DNA from: Ginglymostoma cirratum
Lineage: Eukaryota
Assembly (NCBI GenBank): GCA_024137785.1
Contig: JAHRHZ010000023.1
Coordinates: forward strand, 42,590,260-42,654,259
DNA: 64,000 bases
Direction of reading: 5' to 3'
Shown: positions 1 through 13,133 of the stretch, piece by piece
How positions within the stretch are numbered: the first letter of the stretch is position 1
Layout of the letters: each line of letters starts with the position of its first letter
Notes under the pieces: model-generated
The model's input: only the letters and a program-made list of their open reading frames with translations
Told to the model about the DNA's origin: nothing
Databases searched by the model: none
Translations under genes and position numbers: made by a program

Positions 1-552
1 CAGTGTTGCTGAGGTGAATGAGGCTGGAGAGCGTAAGATGAAATGGGGGCACAAAATGGCTGAAGGAAATAGCATCCACTTCTTCACTGCTAGTATCCAT
101 TAGATAATCATGTAATTCAAAGCCTCTACCTGGGGATGACTTCAGGTTTACCAATTTGCACCTTTACCATGAAGGTTGGATATTAATTCAATAGCACTTG
201 ACCTGCTACTGAGCACTTGTCTCTAGTGAGTTGATTAGCTGCAGACTCTGCAAGAGTCCTGTGCACCACCAGATAATTCCTTTGCTGTTAGAAACTGCCT
301 ATTAATTTCTTCATTAATAATCCAAAATGGTTTCTCACCATTTCCAGGTGGGTCATCATCAGCATCCAGAGGTGGCCTCTAAGAATGGGGTCACCATCAG
401 CATCCAAAGGTCACTTCCAGGAAAGGGAGGTGGAGGTGAGGATAAACCAACTTTCGTGCTTGATGTCACTTTTCTTAATTTTCCTCGTACCCTCACCAGC
501 CCTCCACCACCCCCTCTCCAACCACAGAGTAATTGGTAAAAATTCTCCACAT

Positions 553-619
553 CCCCCCACCCCCCCCCCCCGCTCCCCCACCCCCCCCCCCCCCCACCTC
601 CCCGCCCCCCCCCCCCCCG
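553..619. repeat. Poly-C low-complexity tract (poly-G on minus strand, G-quadruplex-capable)
   Basis: Several runs of 5-17 C separated by 1-3 other bases. Confidence 0.9.
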
Positions 620-689
620 CAGTGTGTTGAATTTTTTACACTGCATTTCTAAGGAAACAAGATTTACTTGAATGGCTCCAGGATGAAAC

Positions 690-1105
690 ATTACAGTTAA
701 GTGAGTAGATTGGAAAAACTGGGGTCATTCCCCATAGATAAATGAAAGCTAAAACAAACCTTGATAATTCTGTTCAAGATTTAGAGTTTAGATACAGAAA
801 ATAAAGAAAAGCTGTTACCAGTGATAAAACATTTAATACCCAGAGGACGCAGATTTAAGGTAACCAGTAGAAGAACCAACCAGCATGAGGAAAATTAAGC
901 AGTTTTGCAACAAGTGGTTAGAATTTGAAATCCAGGCCTAACAGTGTTGTGGTTACACTTTCAATAATAGCTTTCAAAAGGGAATTATACTGTGCTTGAA
1001 AGAGATAAAAATCACAAAAATATAGGAAATAGTGATTAGTGGGACTATTGAAAGAATTGCTGTAATTCTGAAGACTAAATGGCCTTCTTCTGTTCTATAA
1101 TTCCA
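690..1105 (+). mobile_element. Degraded CR1-type LINE 3' fragment
   Basis: Eroded C-terminal ORF2 signature (ccagaggacgcagatttaaggta, TRGH-FK-like) and 3' tail 'aatggccttcttctgttctataattc', resembling other CR1 3' ends in the window. Confidence 0.6.
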
Positions 1106-1982
1106 CTTGCAATGTATGATCCCAATCTGCACAAGACATCATAATATTCCCATGTGTTAGCAATGAATCCCCAAGTGTGGAAAGTCTACTTGGTTGATGT
1201 GGCTCTGGGTACATTGGAATGATAAGTACACATACCTGATTCTAACCCTTCAGATACCCTGTTCTTGATCGATGGTGACTTAAAATATTGCTTTGATGTC
1301 CATAGTACAATGTAATATCATTATGAACGACTGGAGTATAACATAGAATAATACTAATACTTTACAAAGGGTCTTCAATCTCAAAGGCATAGAAGAGTCT
1401 TGGCAGATCTGATGATGGGTCGTAAACAAGTGACATTAACCATACCTGGCCGTCTCCACAAATGGTGTCTGATTTGTTTTTTATGGCCATGCAGTACAAA
1501 ACTAAGCAATAATTTACCACTTTATGTACTAAAGTACATGAAATTAACAATAATTTTGTAAATACTGTTTTCTATTTTCTTTCCCATTCTCCCATATTAA
1601 ACCAGCATAAGTGGGATGTCCCAGTCACAGGTCAATATACTTGTTCAAGAACATGGCTACAGTGGGAAAATAATATCTCACTCAGAGATAGTAAGAACTA
1701 CTGATGCTGGAGTCAGGTCCACACTGTTATCTCTGGCCTGTCTCACCACTACTTATTCATGTTTTCTGTCAGTGACAGTTTTGTGCAATTTAGGAGCTGC
1801 AGGTCATTCAAAAAAAAGGGATTTGAGCTTGTGAGTTATCGGCTGGAATTTTGAATTATAATTATTCAATTAGTCAGTTAAACACTTAACTGTTTCCCAA
1901 CTTGCATGGTGGCATGTGTTAACAATTGAAGGGCGCATAAATGTCAGCACGGACTAGCTAGCCCTACTGTGAAAATGAGATT

Positions 1983-2140
1983 AGTGTGGAGCTGGAGGAA
2001 CACAGCAGGCCAGGCAGCATCAGAGGAGCAGGAAACCTGACGTTTCTGATGAAGGGTTTAGGCCCGAAACGTCAAGTTTTCCTGCTCCTCTGATGCTGCT
2101 TGACCTGCTGTGTTCATCCAGCCCCATGCTTGTTATCTCG
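1983..2140. mobile_element. Palindromic Penelope-pLTR-derived non-autonomous element with central hammerhead motif
   Basis: ~55-bp inverted arms (gctggaggaacacagcagg...ctgacgtttc / gaaacgtcaag...cctgctgtgttcatccagc) around ctgatgaagggtttaggcccgaaac; closely similar to the termini of the Penelope element at 33793 and 36351. Confidence 0.8.
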
Positions 2141-3056
2141 TTGTTTCGGTTCGGGACCCTGTTAAGATGAGTCTACTAACAGCTAATTGTGAAGTGTTCT
2201 CAGACGATTTAGACTGCATTCCAGTTGAAAATTCTCATCTAGCCCAGATAGATGGCAGACTGTACGGTGTAACCCAGCACAAACAAAAAAAATGCGATTA
2301 CGTGCTTTCAACTAACATTTCATCTAGTTATCTTTACTAATGTCCTTAAGTTTCTGCTTTGCAACAAAGCAAGAGTTGACAGGAATTTTCGCTGTCTTCA
2401 AGCGCTGAAAGTAGATGTGGCCTTCTAACAGAACACAAGATATATAATGCTCCAGATAGATAACTGATTAATCTTAACAAATGACACTAACTGCAAGCTG
2501 TTGCAAAGTCAGTGTGTTCGTAGTGTATTTTAGTAAGCATTACCGGATTCTCATTTCAGTGAAGTCATGTTTTACAGTAAACCAGAGTCTGAATGAACAG
2601 TTCCACAAGTGGACTGTAATGACCTGCGGCGACATCGATGTGGAAAAACTGCACCACGCAAGACTGTTTGGCCCGCAATACCCCCTAAAGAACTAACACT
2701 AGCCGCATCCTCCCGTCCTCATTGTTTCCTCTTCGGATAGTCGCCCACCGCCCTTTCGAGAGAAGGGGGATGGTGGGGAATAGTCATTCCTCACCGTGCT
2801 GTTTCTATCTGGTTGTGGTGTTTATGTTGTTAATAGCACAGACACAAAAAGGTTGAAAAAAAATCCCGGTCATTTCCAATTGATGGGCGATGGGAGAGGT
2901 TGGATTGGGGAGGGGGGGTGCGGAAGACACTTAAGAGCATTACAGTGGTGGTGATGGCTTTGGACATTGCAGGTTTCGCCTTCGGTTGGGGGTTGGGCGC
3001 AGTGGGGAAGCGGGGGTTCGCTGGTGTGGTTGGGGGGGAAGGGGGGTACTGCTGAG

Positions 3057-3143
3057 CCAATGGAAGCAGCGATGTTGCAAACGTTCCCTTTTATGGTTAC
3101 AGAAGGGTGTGGGCGGGGCCCACACCGGGTACGCAGTATAAAA
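3057..3143 (+). promoter_or_regulatory. actb: actb proximal promoter: CCAAT (3057-3061), CArG/SRE CCTTTTATGG (3087-3096), GC box (3111-3118), TATAAAA (3137-3143)
   Basis: All motifs read directly; the CCAAT-CArG-TATA order is the established vertebrate beta-actin promoter layout. Confidence 0.92.
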
Positions 3144-3167
3144 TGGCGACCCGCGCCGGCTCGAGCC

Positions 3168-3230
3168 ACTTTGAACGCCCAACGGCTGAAAGCGAGACTA
3201 GACTTGCACAAAGCGAGAAGGAAACTAACG
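3168..3230 (+). other. actb: actb non-coding exon 1 (TSS approximate)
   Basis: Starts ~30 nt after TATA at Inr-like ccacttt; ends at donor CG|GTAAGA (3231). Beta-actin genes have a non-coding first exon. Confidence 0.75.
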
Positions 3231-3499
3231 GTAAGACAGACTTAAAAAAAAATCAAACACTTCCCACTCCACCCGCCAAAGCATTTTTTAAACAATGAAC
3301 TAGTTTAGTTCGGGGCTAAATATAAAACTACGAATAGCTTTAAAAAATCGAATAAGCAGGTTAGGGGGAGGGAGGTTTGAAGATAGTTCCGATAGATCTA
3401 ACCGAAATCGGTGCTAGCTAACTTAAAATCAAGGGATTGCGGTTTATTTTTTAACTTTCTGGGCTTGTTTCTAAATTCGGGCTAAAATGCGTAGACTGG

Positions 3500-4660
3500 G
3501 GCTGTTCTTCTACCTACTTGGTGGCGTGCGCAAAACCTTAGCACCTTTTTTTGCTTTTTTTATTTGAGGCGAGTGGTAGAAACGCGGGAAATGCGGAGAT
3601 GGCAGCATCTTGGTCGCCTGTTGTCGGCGATAACGTTTTCTTTCAGCCGAGGTGCGGTGAAAGTAACGGGGCTTGTCTGTAAGGCGGAGCCGCTAGCTGT
3701 CCTGCGGTGAGGGCAAGCTGCTGCTTGCTGGAGCCGGGAGGAAGGCGGTGATGGATCTTTCCAGAATGAAGATGGCGGGGGAGGGGAAATCTCAGGAACG
3801 GAGTCGCGTTTCTTCCGTTACTCTTTATGGCGGGGTGTGGTGCGAATACTCGAGCCCAGTGACCGACTAAAGAGTTTAGTTTGGTTTGGCGGGGTGGGTA
3901 ACGGGAAAGAGGAGAAAGTCCGGCTCACCTCGTTTGCTTTCGGTAATCCACGCCACTCGGCTTTTTCTACCTCGATACTTGCCGGGAGGGGAGGGGAGAG
4001 AGCTTAGTGTCACCACCTGACGGTGGTTGAAGACAGGGCGTGGTTGAACGCTTTTAGCTTACTCGCCCGGTGTTACCGAGGGGGAGTGCGGGCTCTGGGT
4101 GTTGCCACCCGAGCGGAGCGGCGCCCTGCCACCGGCATCTCCTTCATCCTTTGCCTCCCACGCGGACGCCGACGCGCATGCGCGCGGAATCGCACACTGA
4201 TGTTGCTGGCAGCCTTGAGCCGCTGTTCTTCAGCGAAACCTTGAGATGCCGCTTCCTCGCTTTGTCTCCGTTTGCTGATAAACTGTATGGCAGTGGCTCT
4301 CCCCCTCCCCCCCCGGACATGGGTGTAACCTCTTTGTGTACCTTTGGCCCCTAGGGAAGTTTGGTCACTTCGATTTTGCGGTCGCTGGTCTCGGGGTTCC
4401 AGCCTCGGAAGCTGGCGGTGAGCCAACCGCCTTGCCTGCCCCCTTCTTCCCCCCCCCGCCGCTGTACAAGTCATTGCCTTTTATGGGCAATGAGAGTTTT
4501 CTTTGTTTCTGGCTCTGCAGCAGCAGCCAGCGCCCTCTTCTGTTATTAGAGGGCGAGCCCGCCAGAGGGAACATGTGCTCAGGAAGTAGCTTGATCAGCG
4601 CAAGTACAATGATCGCCAAGGCGTTCAATTCCCTGGAGGCTTGCAGCACTGGCGTCAACT
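3500..4660. promoter_or_regulatory. CpG-rich actb intron 1 region with YY1 (AAGATGGCGG 3769-3778) and NRF1 (GCGCATGCGC 4174-4183) motifs
   Basis: Visibly high CpG density relative to the rest of the window; motifs read directly. Confidence 0.6.
4477..4486 (+). promoter_or_regulatory. actb: actb intron-1 CArG enhancer (CCTTTTATGG)
   Basis: Identical to the promoter CArG, in the 3' part of intron 1 where vertebrate beta-actin genes carry a conserved SRF enhancer. Confidence 0.85.
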
Positions 4661-4742
4661 CATTGTGCAAGGATAATATTTCGTGAATTTCTGTATCCTG
4701 TAGAATATTCCTTTTACTGATCTTTCTTATCACTTTAGGTAA

Positions 4743-6762
<2,020 letters not shown>

Positions 6763-7240
6763 GCAGACTGTAACTGTCATGATTGCGCGAGATGAATTGG
6801 CATGGCTTTAGTGCTTGTCTCAGGAATAAAAACTGGAACAGTGAAGGTGTTGGTGGTATTTTTGGCAACAAGCATCCCAGAAGTTCTGCAATGCGTTCAA
6901 GGACTGAATTGTACATTTAGTCATTCCAAAATATTGATGTAAAGGATTGCATTGTCTAAGGTTATTAAAGCCTCTGTGAAGGCTGCCCAAAAAGTGGGAG
7001 CAAATACTTAACCTTGTGTAGTATTGCTTATATGTAAATTATGTAACCGAAAAATGTCCTGTTTTGTACTTTCCGCCTTAAATTTTCGGTCCTTTTTGAT
7101 TTTGGTATGCAAAAAGCTTTACCTTTATACAAACACAAGTGAGGTTTACATCCCCTGGGCACAAAATGGACAGTTAAACTTGGGTGATGCCAGTTTGTTG
7201 GACCTACACTGACTAATAAAAGTGCACATGTTTAAATGGA
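6763..7240 (+). other. actb: actb 3'UTR with conserved beta-actin blocks
   Basis: Blocks attggcatggcttta, aaaactggaacagtgaaggtg, agcatccc, agtcattccaaa and aataaaagtgcaca resemble vertebrate ACTB 3'UTRs (from recall). Confidence 0.8.
7215..7220 (+). terminator. actb: actb polyadenylation signal AATAAA
   Basis: AATAAAAGTGCACA context as at the end of vertebrate ACTB mRNAs; GT/T-rich sequence downstream. Confidence 0.85.
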
Positions 7241-7849
7241 AAATTTGAAGTTGCTGTGATTGATTTTAGTTTCTTTTCAAGTTAGATTTTATTAAACTAA
7301 ATGTCAATATAAACACTTGTCTGCAAATTATGGCCTAGAAGATAACCTGGTAGTATCCAGTTCTTGAACTGTACTTAACACTCTGGCACAATCAATTCCA
7401 TCAAGATGTGAGGTTTTATTGATCAAAATTGACTAGTTTTCTAATGTTTCATAAAACATTGAAGCTGTATATTGTCACAATCTCCATAGGAGAACCAAAC
7501 ATTACTGATAAGAAAAGCAGCAATTTGTACATGAGGTCCCACAAACAGAAATTGGATAACTTCATAAATCCAGCATACAAATACTGGAAGGTTACAAACC
7601 CAAGCCTTTACTCTTGAAAGGTTTAAGAATTTGCCTACAAACAGGCAAAATAATTTTGAAATTTTCTTTGAAGGATGCTACCTGATGGGCACACCTATTA
7701 GTATAAGTAATTTGGCAAGAATAAATAGCTGATGGAATTGACTAGATTTTACATTTGATGTCTTTATCAGCCTGGGCAGGTATGTTAAAACACTTCAGAG
7801 GCAGGTGATACTTGAACTTGTGGCCCAGAAGTAGGTTCTGTACCCCACC

Positions 7850-7990
7850 ATTCCCAATTCCTCTAGCTATGCAGGAACCCTTTTTAATCAAGCTGTTCAG
7901 AAATGTTATTGACCACCTCCAGAGCAGGTAGGACTTGAACCCAGGCTTGTTGCTGCAGAGGTGGGAAACTATTCCTGCACCACAAAACCT
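7850..7990 (-). mobile_element. tRNA-derived SINE head (related copies ~40310-40490 +, ~40955-41030 +, ~62150-62320 -)
   Basis: Minus strand reads ttgtggtgcagg...cctgggttcaagtcc (A/B-box-like). Confidence 0.45.
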
Positions 7991-9169
7991 TTTATGGGGC
8001 AGATAACAATTGTGAACATTGACCTTTTCTCCAATGTCTAAATCTCCCATCCCATATGAAACTGAATAGCCAAAGTAGAAGGGGAACAGACATAGATGTG
8101 GAATCCTTTGAATTGTAGACATGAATACCCTATCAAAAAGCCTGGAGTATTGGATCATCCACAGACTTTCCTTTGTTAATTCTATGCAGGTTTTCTGTTC
8201 AATCTAGTTATTGGAGCATAATAGGCATTTTCTAGGTCAATTTGATGTTTATGCCATCACCTATCTCAAGGGCTGACTGAAATTGCACACTAGTATTTCT
8301 TAATGACATGCACACAACACAAGTCTGTAAATGAGATCTATGGATCAGCATCTTTCACAATTGATGTCATTTGGCAGGTTATTTATATGGTTGCATAGAA
8401 CCTTTAAAAATATGGGTTTCCACTACTCCATGTCTGATTGTTCATCCATGGAGTGATGTGGCTGAAGATGTACGTAGAAGGTTGAAAACAGCCCATATAC
8501 TAGACATGGGCAGTGCTATAGTCCCAATGAAGTTTAGAAAATGAAATAGAACTAGACCATTTCAAATAGCTGACTGAGGACCGGATATTTTTCAGTGATT
8601 CATTCAAAAAGGAACCACTGCAAAGCTTTTTCTTCCAATTTTGCTCCTCTACCAAAAGCTTTGATCATTTGCAAAAGAAAGACCAGTGGATTTTCTCTGA
8701 TAGCCCACTCGAGCACAATTTTTAATTAGTGAACTTCAGCAGTAATTGATTGTGGTCTACTTAATTACTTGGAAAGGGTGAAAGCGTAAAGCCTTCTCTG
8801 CACACAACCTGTTTCCATTAGGAGTTTCTGGATATTGAAAAAAAACTCTCAGCTCAGAACAAGGACTGAAACTGGAACCCTGCTGTTGTCTATGGTTCCA
8901 TTGCAGAATTATTTAAATTACTGCAGAAAAGACTTCAACAGGTTTGTTAGCTTGTTGGATTCACCAAAATCCTAAAACTATGCTAAATTTCTCAGGCTAT
9001 GGTAACGTTAACTTGCCATCCAAAAATCGCTATGAGATAATTCCACTCCCCTGGCAAATGGCAACTATCAGTCTCATTGGAGGAGTGAGCATTTCATTTT
9101 ACTTGTAATTGTTTCCAAAATGATCTTAAACCTACATTTGCATTGAGTTTTATGTTCTTATACAGCCGC

Positions 9170-9620
9170 ATGTTTTGGCTGTACAAGACATTGATTAGGC
9201 CACTTTTGGAATCCTGTGTTCAATTCTATTTTCCTGGATCATTGGAGGTTGAGAGGTGGCCTTATAGAAGTTTATAAAATCATGAGGGGCATGTATAGGG
9301 TGAATTGCCAAAGTCTCTTTCCCGGGTAGGGGAGTCCAAAACTAGAGGGTACAGGTTTAACTTGACAGTGAAAAGATTTAAAAGAGACCTGAGGGACATT
9401 TTCATTCAGAGGGTGGTGTGTATATAGAATGAGTTGCCAGAGGAAGTGGTTGGTACAATTATACCATTTAAAAGTCATCTGGATGGGTACATGAAAAGGA
9501 TGGGTTTAGAGGGATATAGGCCAAGTGCTGGTAAATGGGACTAGATTAATTTAGGATATCTGGTTGGCATAGATGAGTTGGACCCAAGGGACCACTGTTT
9601 GTACAACTCTCTGACTTTAT
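9170..9620 (+). mobile_element. CR1-type LINE 3' fragment with internal deletion
   Basis: LYKTLIRPLLE-like start, 'cttatagaagtttataaaatcatgaggggcat', 'aaactagagggtacaggttt' and CR1 3'UTR. Confidence 0.75.
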
Positions 9621-10926
9621 ATGTGATAGTGGTTAGATGATACAATTATCCCCACGCTCCATAACTGGAGGAGGAAAAGAAAGTCTCAATTTTAATGGTC
9701 CTTGCTCTAGCTGCTCTGTGATAAGTGCCCTTTTGCCTCTGCGGGGTTAGAGAGTTTTGGAATGTATATTCATCAACACTTTGAATGCAACAAAATGAAT
9801 GGGAGATGGAGAGACTTGGTTGTGAAATTATAAATGTCTTTAAAAACGTTAATGGATTTCATTGATTGATTGCCTTTTAAATAAAAAAAAGTTACTGAGT
9901 GTACATCTGGGACTACACTCAATAGTTATTGCGCAAAGGAAAATGTAATGTATTTTATATATTTTAATTAGTATTCTGTACTTATTTGGGGGTTGGTTCA
10001 CTTAGGTGACCATAGAGTGTGGTGCGGAATAAAATAGTGAGGTTCAGTTCTGTGCAGGCTGTAGTAGTTCATGGAGGCCGCATCTTCATCTTATCCTATT
10101 CTTGTGGAATAGTTAGCTATACATGATCACTTATGTCTCTTCACAGAGGAGAGGCCTATGTTTCTTTGTGGACTTTAGTTCCTTATCTATCCTACAAACT
10201 TATATATCTTCCATGATATTGATCAGGAGACTTGTAACAAAGAAAATGGTTATGGTATGTCAGGTATAATGACACCAGAGCCTTGAGCTTAAGTGGCAGT
10301 CTGTGATGTTATGTGGTACATAGATGTAGATATCAGGCAGGGAGTGACATTTAGCTGCATCTGAGTATAGTCCTAAATTTTGAATAGTCCCATGCTTTTG
10401 ATAAACCTGGAGTGCAAGTATGAGTCAGGGTGTTAAGAATTTAACAGTAATGAAGTGAGGTTGTTGGAGATCAGCAGCAGGGATTCTCTGATCTGCCAGT
10501 ACTTCATAAAAGCATTATAAATATTTTTTTGGAAGAGGATAATACAGCAGCAATAATAGCTGAGAGCTTTGCATAGTAGCTGGAACCTGATGACTTTGAG
10601 CTTCTACAGTTTAAATGAGAAAATGGGAATTCATAATGGAAAAAGTCATAAAAGTGACAACAAAATGTAGTTATGCAGACAGGAAGTGAATGAAAATGTG
10701 TTTTTCAAATTCTGATTGAAATGTGTAATAAATATATTTTTTAAATTGTATATAATGTCTAGTTTCAGTCCATAAACTCTCACGATGAAAATGTAACCAT
10801 TTTAATTAGAGACTCCAGTAGGAGACACGCATAAGGATACACATCAGAAATCCAACACAAACATCAAATTTGATGTTTAAAGAATGGTTAGAAAGTTAGA
10901 AACTATTGCTGCCAGATCTGTGATTT

Positions 10927-13133
10927 ACATAAGAACTAGGAGCAGGAGTAGGCCGTCCGGCCCTTTGAGCCTGCTCCGCCATTCAATAAGATCATGGCTG
11001 ATCTTTTCGTGGACTCAGATTCACTTACCCGCGCTCTCACCGTATCCCTTAATTCCTTTATTGTTCAAAAAAAATCTACCTTAGCTTTGAAAACGTTTAC
11101 TGAAGTAGCGTCAACTACTTCACTGGGCAAGGAATTCCATAGATTAACAACCCTCTGGTTGAAGAAGTTCCTCCTCAATTCAGTCCTAAATCTGCTCCCT
11201 CTAATCTTGAGGCTATGCCCTCTTGTCCTAGCTTCACCTGCCAGTGGGAACATCCTCTCTACTTCTATGTCATCTATTCCCTTCATAATTTTATATGTTT
11301 CTATAAGAACCCCCCTCAAACTTCTGAATTCCAATGAATATAATCCCAATCTACTCAGTCTCTCCTCATAAACCAACCCCCTGAACTCCGGAATCAACCT
11401 AGTGAACCTCCTCTGCACCCCCTCCAGTGCCAGTACATCATTTCTCAAGTAAGGAGACCAAAACTGCACACAGTACTCCAGGTGTGGCCTCACCAGCATC
11501 TTGTACAGCTGCAACATAACCTCTCTGCTTTTAAACTCAATCCCTTTAGCAATGAAGGACAAAATTCCATTTGCCTTCCTAATTACTTGTTGTACCTGCA
11601 GATCAACCTTCTGTGATTCATGCACAAGGACACCCAGGTCCCTCTGCATAGCAGCATGCTGCAACTTTTTACCATTCAAGTAATAGTCCTTTTTACTATT
11701 ACTCCTACCAAAATGTACGACTTCACATTTATTTACATTGTATTCCATCTGCCAGACCTTTGCCCACTCACTCAATGTATCTATGTTCCTCTGCAAAGTT
11801 TCGCAGTCCTCTGCACACTTTGCTCTGCCACTCATCTTAGTGTCATCTGCAAACTTTGACACCCTACACGTGGTCCCCAACTCCAAATCATCCATATAAA
11901 TTGTAAATAATTGCGGTCCCAACACCAATCCCTGAGGCACACCACTAGTCACTGATTGCCAGCCAGAATAGCACTCATTTATCTCCACTCTTTGCTTCCT
12001 GTTAGTCAACCAATCCTCTATCCATGCTAATACTTTACCCCTAACGCCATGCATCCTTATCTTATGCAGCAGCCTCTTGTGCAGCACCTTGTCGAAGGCC
12101 TTTTGGAAATCTAGGTACACCACATCCACTGGGTCCCCATTGTCCACCTTGCTGGTAATGTCTTCACAGAATTCCAAAAGATTTGTCAAGCATGACCTGC
12201 CCTTCATGAACCCATGTTGTGTCTGCCCAACGGGACAATTTCTATCGAGATGCCTTGCTATTTCTTCCTTGATAATAGACTCAAGCATCTTCCCCACTAC
12301 AAAAGTTAAGCTGACCGGTCTATAATTCCCCATCGTTTGTCTACCTCCCTTTTTAAACAGTGGCGTCACATTTGCTGTTTTCCAATCTGCTGGGACTGCC
12401 CCAGAGTCCAGCGAATTTTAGAAAATTACTGCCAGTGCACCTGCTATTTCTCCCGCCATCTCTTTTAGTACCCTGGGATGCATTCCATCAGGGCCAGGAG
12501 ACTTATCAATCCTTAGCTCCATTAGCTTGCCCAACACTACCTCTTCCGTAATAATGATTGTTTCCAGGTCCTCATCTACCTTCATCTCTTTGTCAATTAC
12601 TGGCATGTTATTAGTGTCCTGCACTGTGAAGACCGATACAAAATACCTGTTCAATGCCTCGGCTATTTCATCATATCCCATAACTAAATTCCCCTTCTCA
12701 TCCTCTAAAGGGCCAAAGTTTACTTTAGCCACTCTTTTTCATTTTATATATTTATGGAAACTTTTGCTATCTGTCTTTATATTCTGTGCTAGTTTTTTCT
12801 CATGTTCTATCTTACTTTTCTTTATAGCTCTTTTTGTGGCTTCCTGTTGACCTTTAAAGTTTTCCCAATCTTCTAGTTTCATGCTGTTTTTGGCCACTTT
12901 GTATACCTTCTCTTTCAATTTGATAGCCTCCCTTATTTCCTTAGACACCCATGGCAGATTACCCCTTTTCTTACAGTCCTTCCTTTTCACTGGAATATAC
13001 TTTTGCTGAGCATTTTGAAAAATTGCTTTGAAAGTCCTCCACCGCTCGTCAACTGTCCCACCATAAAATCTTTGTTTCCAGTCTACTTTAGCCAAGTCCT
13101 CCCTCATTCTATTGTAGTCCCCCTTGTTCAAGC
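10927..13133 (-). mobile_element. 5'-truncated, relatively young CR1 (HER1-like) LINE; RT pseudogene
   Basis: One reading frame 13131-11065 broken by only two in-frame stops. RT motifs NYRPVSLT, QHGF, YLDFQKAFD, GVPQG, KFADD; 3'UTR ends in a cttatgt-type tail. Confidence 0.95.

Noticed and set aside
327-691. Pro/Gly-rich ORFs
   Set aside because: Artefacts of the poly-C tract.
3821-3830. CTCTTTATGG as a third CArG box
   Set aside because: Two mismatches to CC(A/T)6GG.
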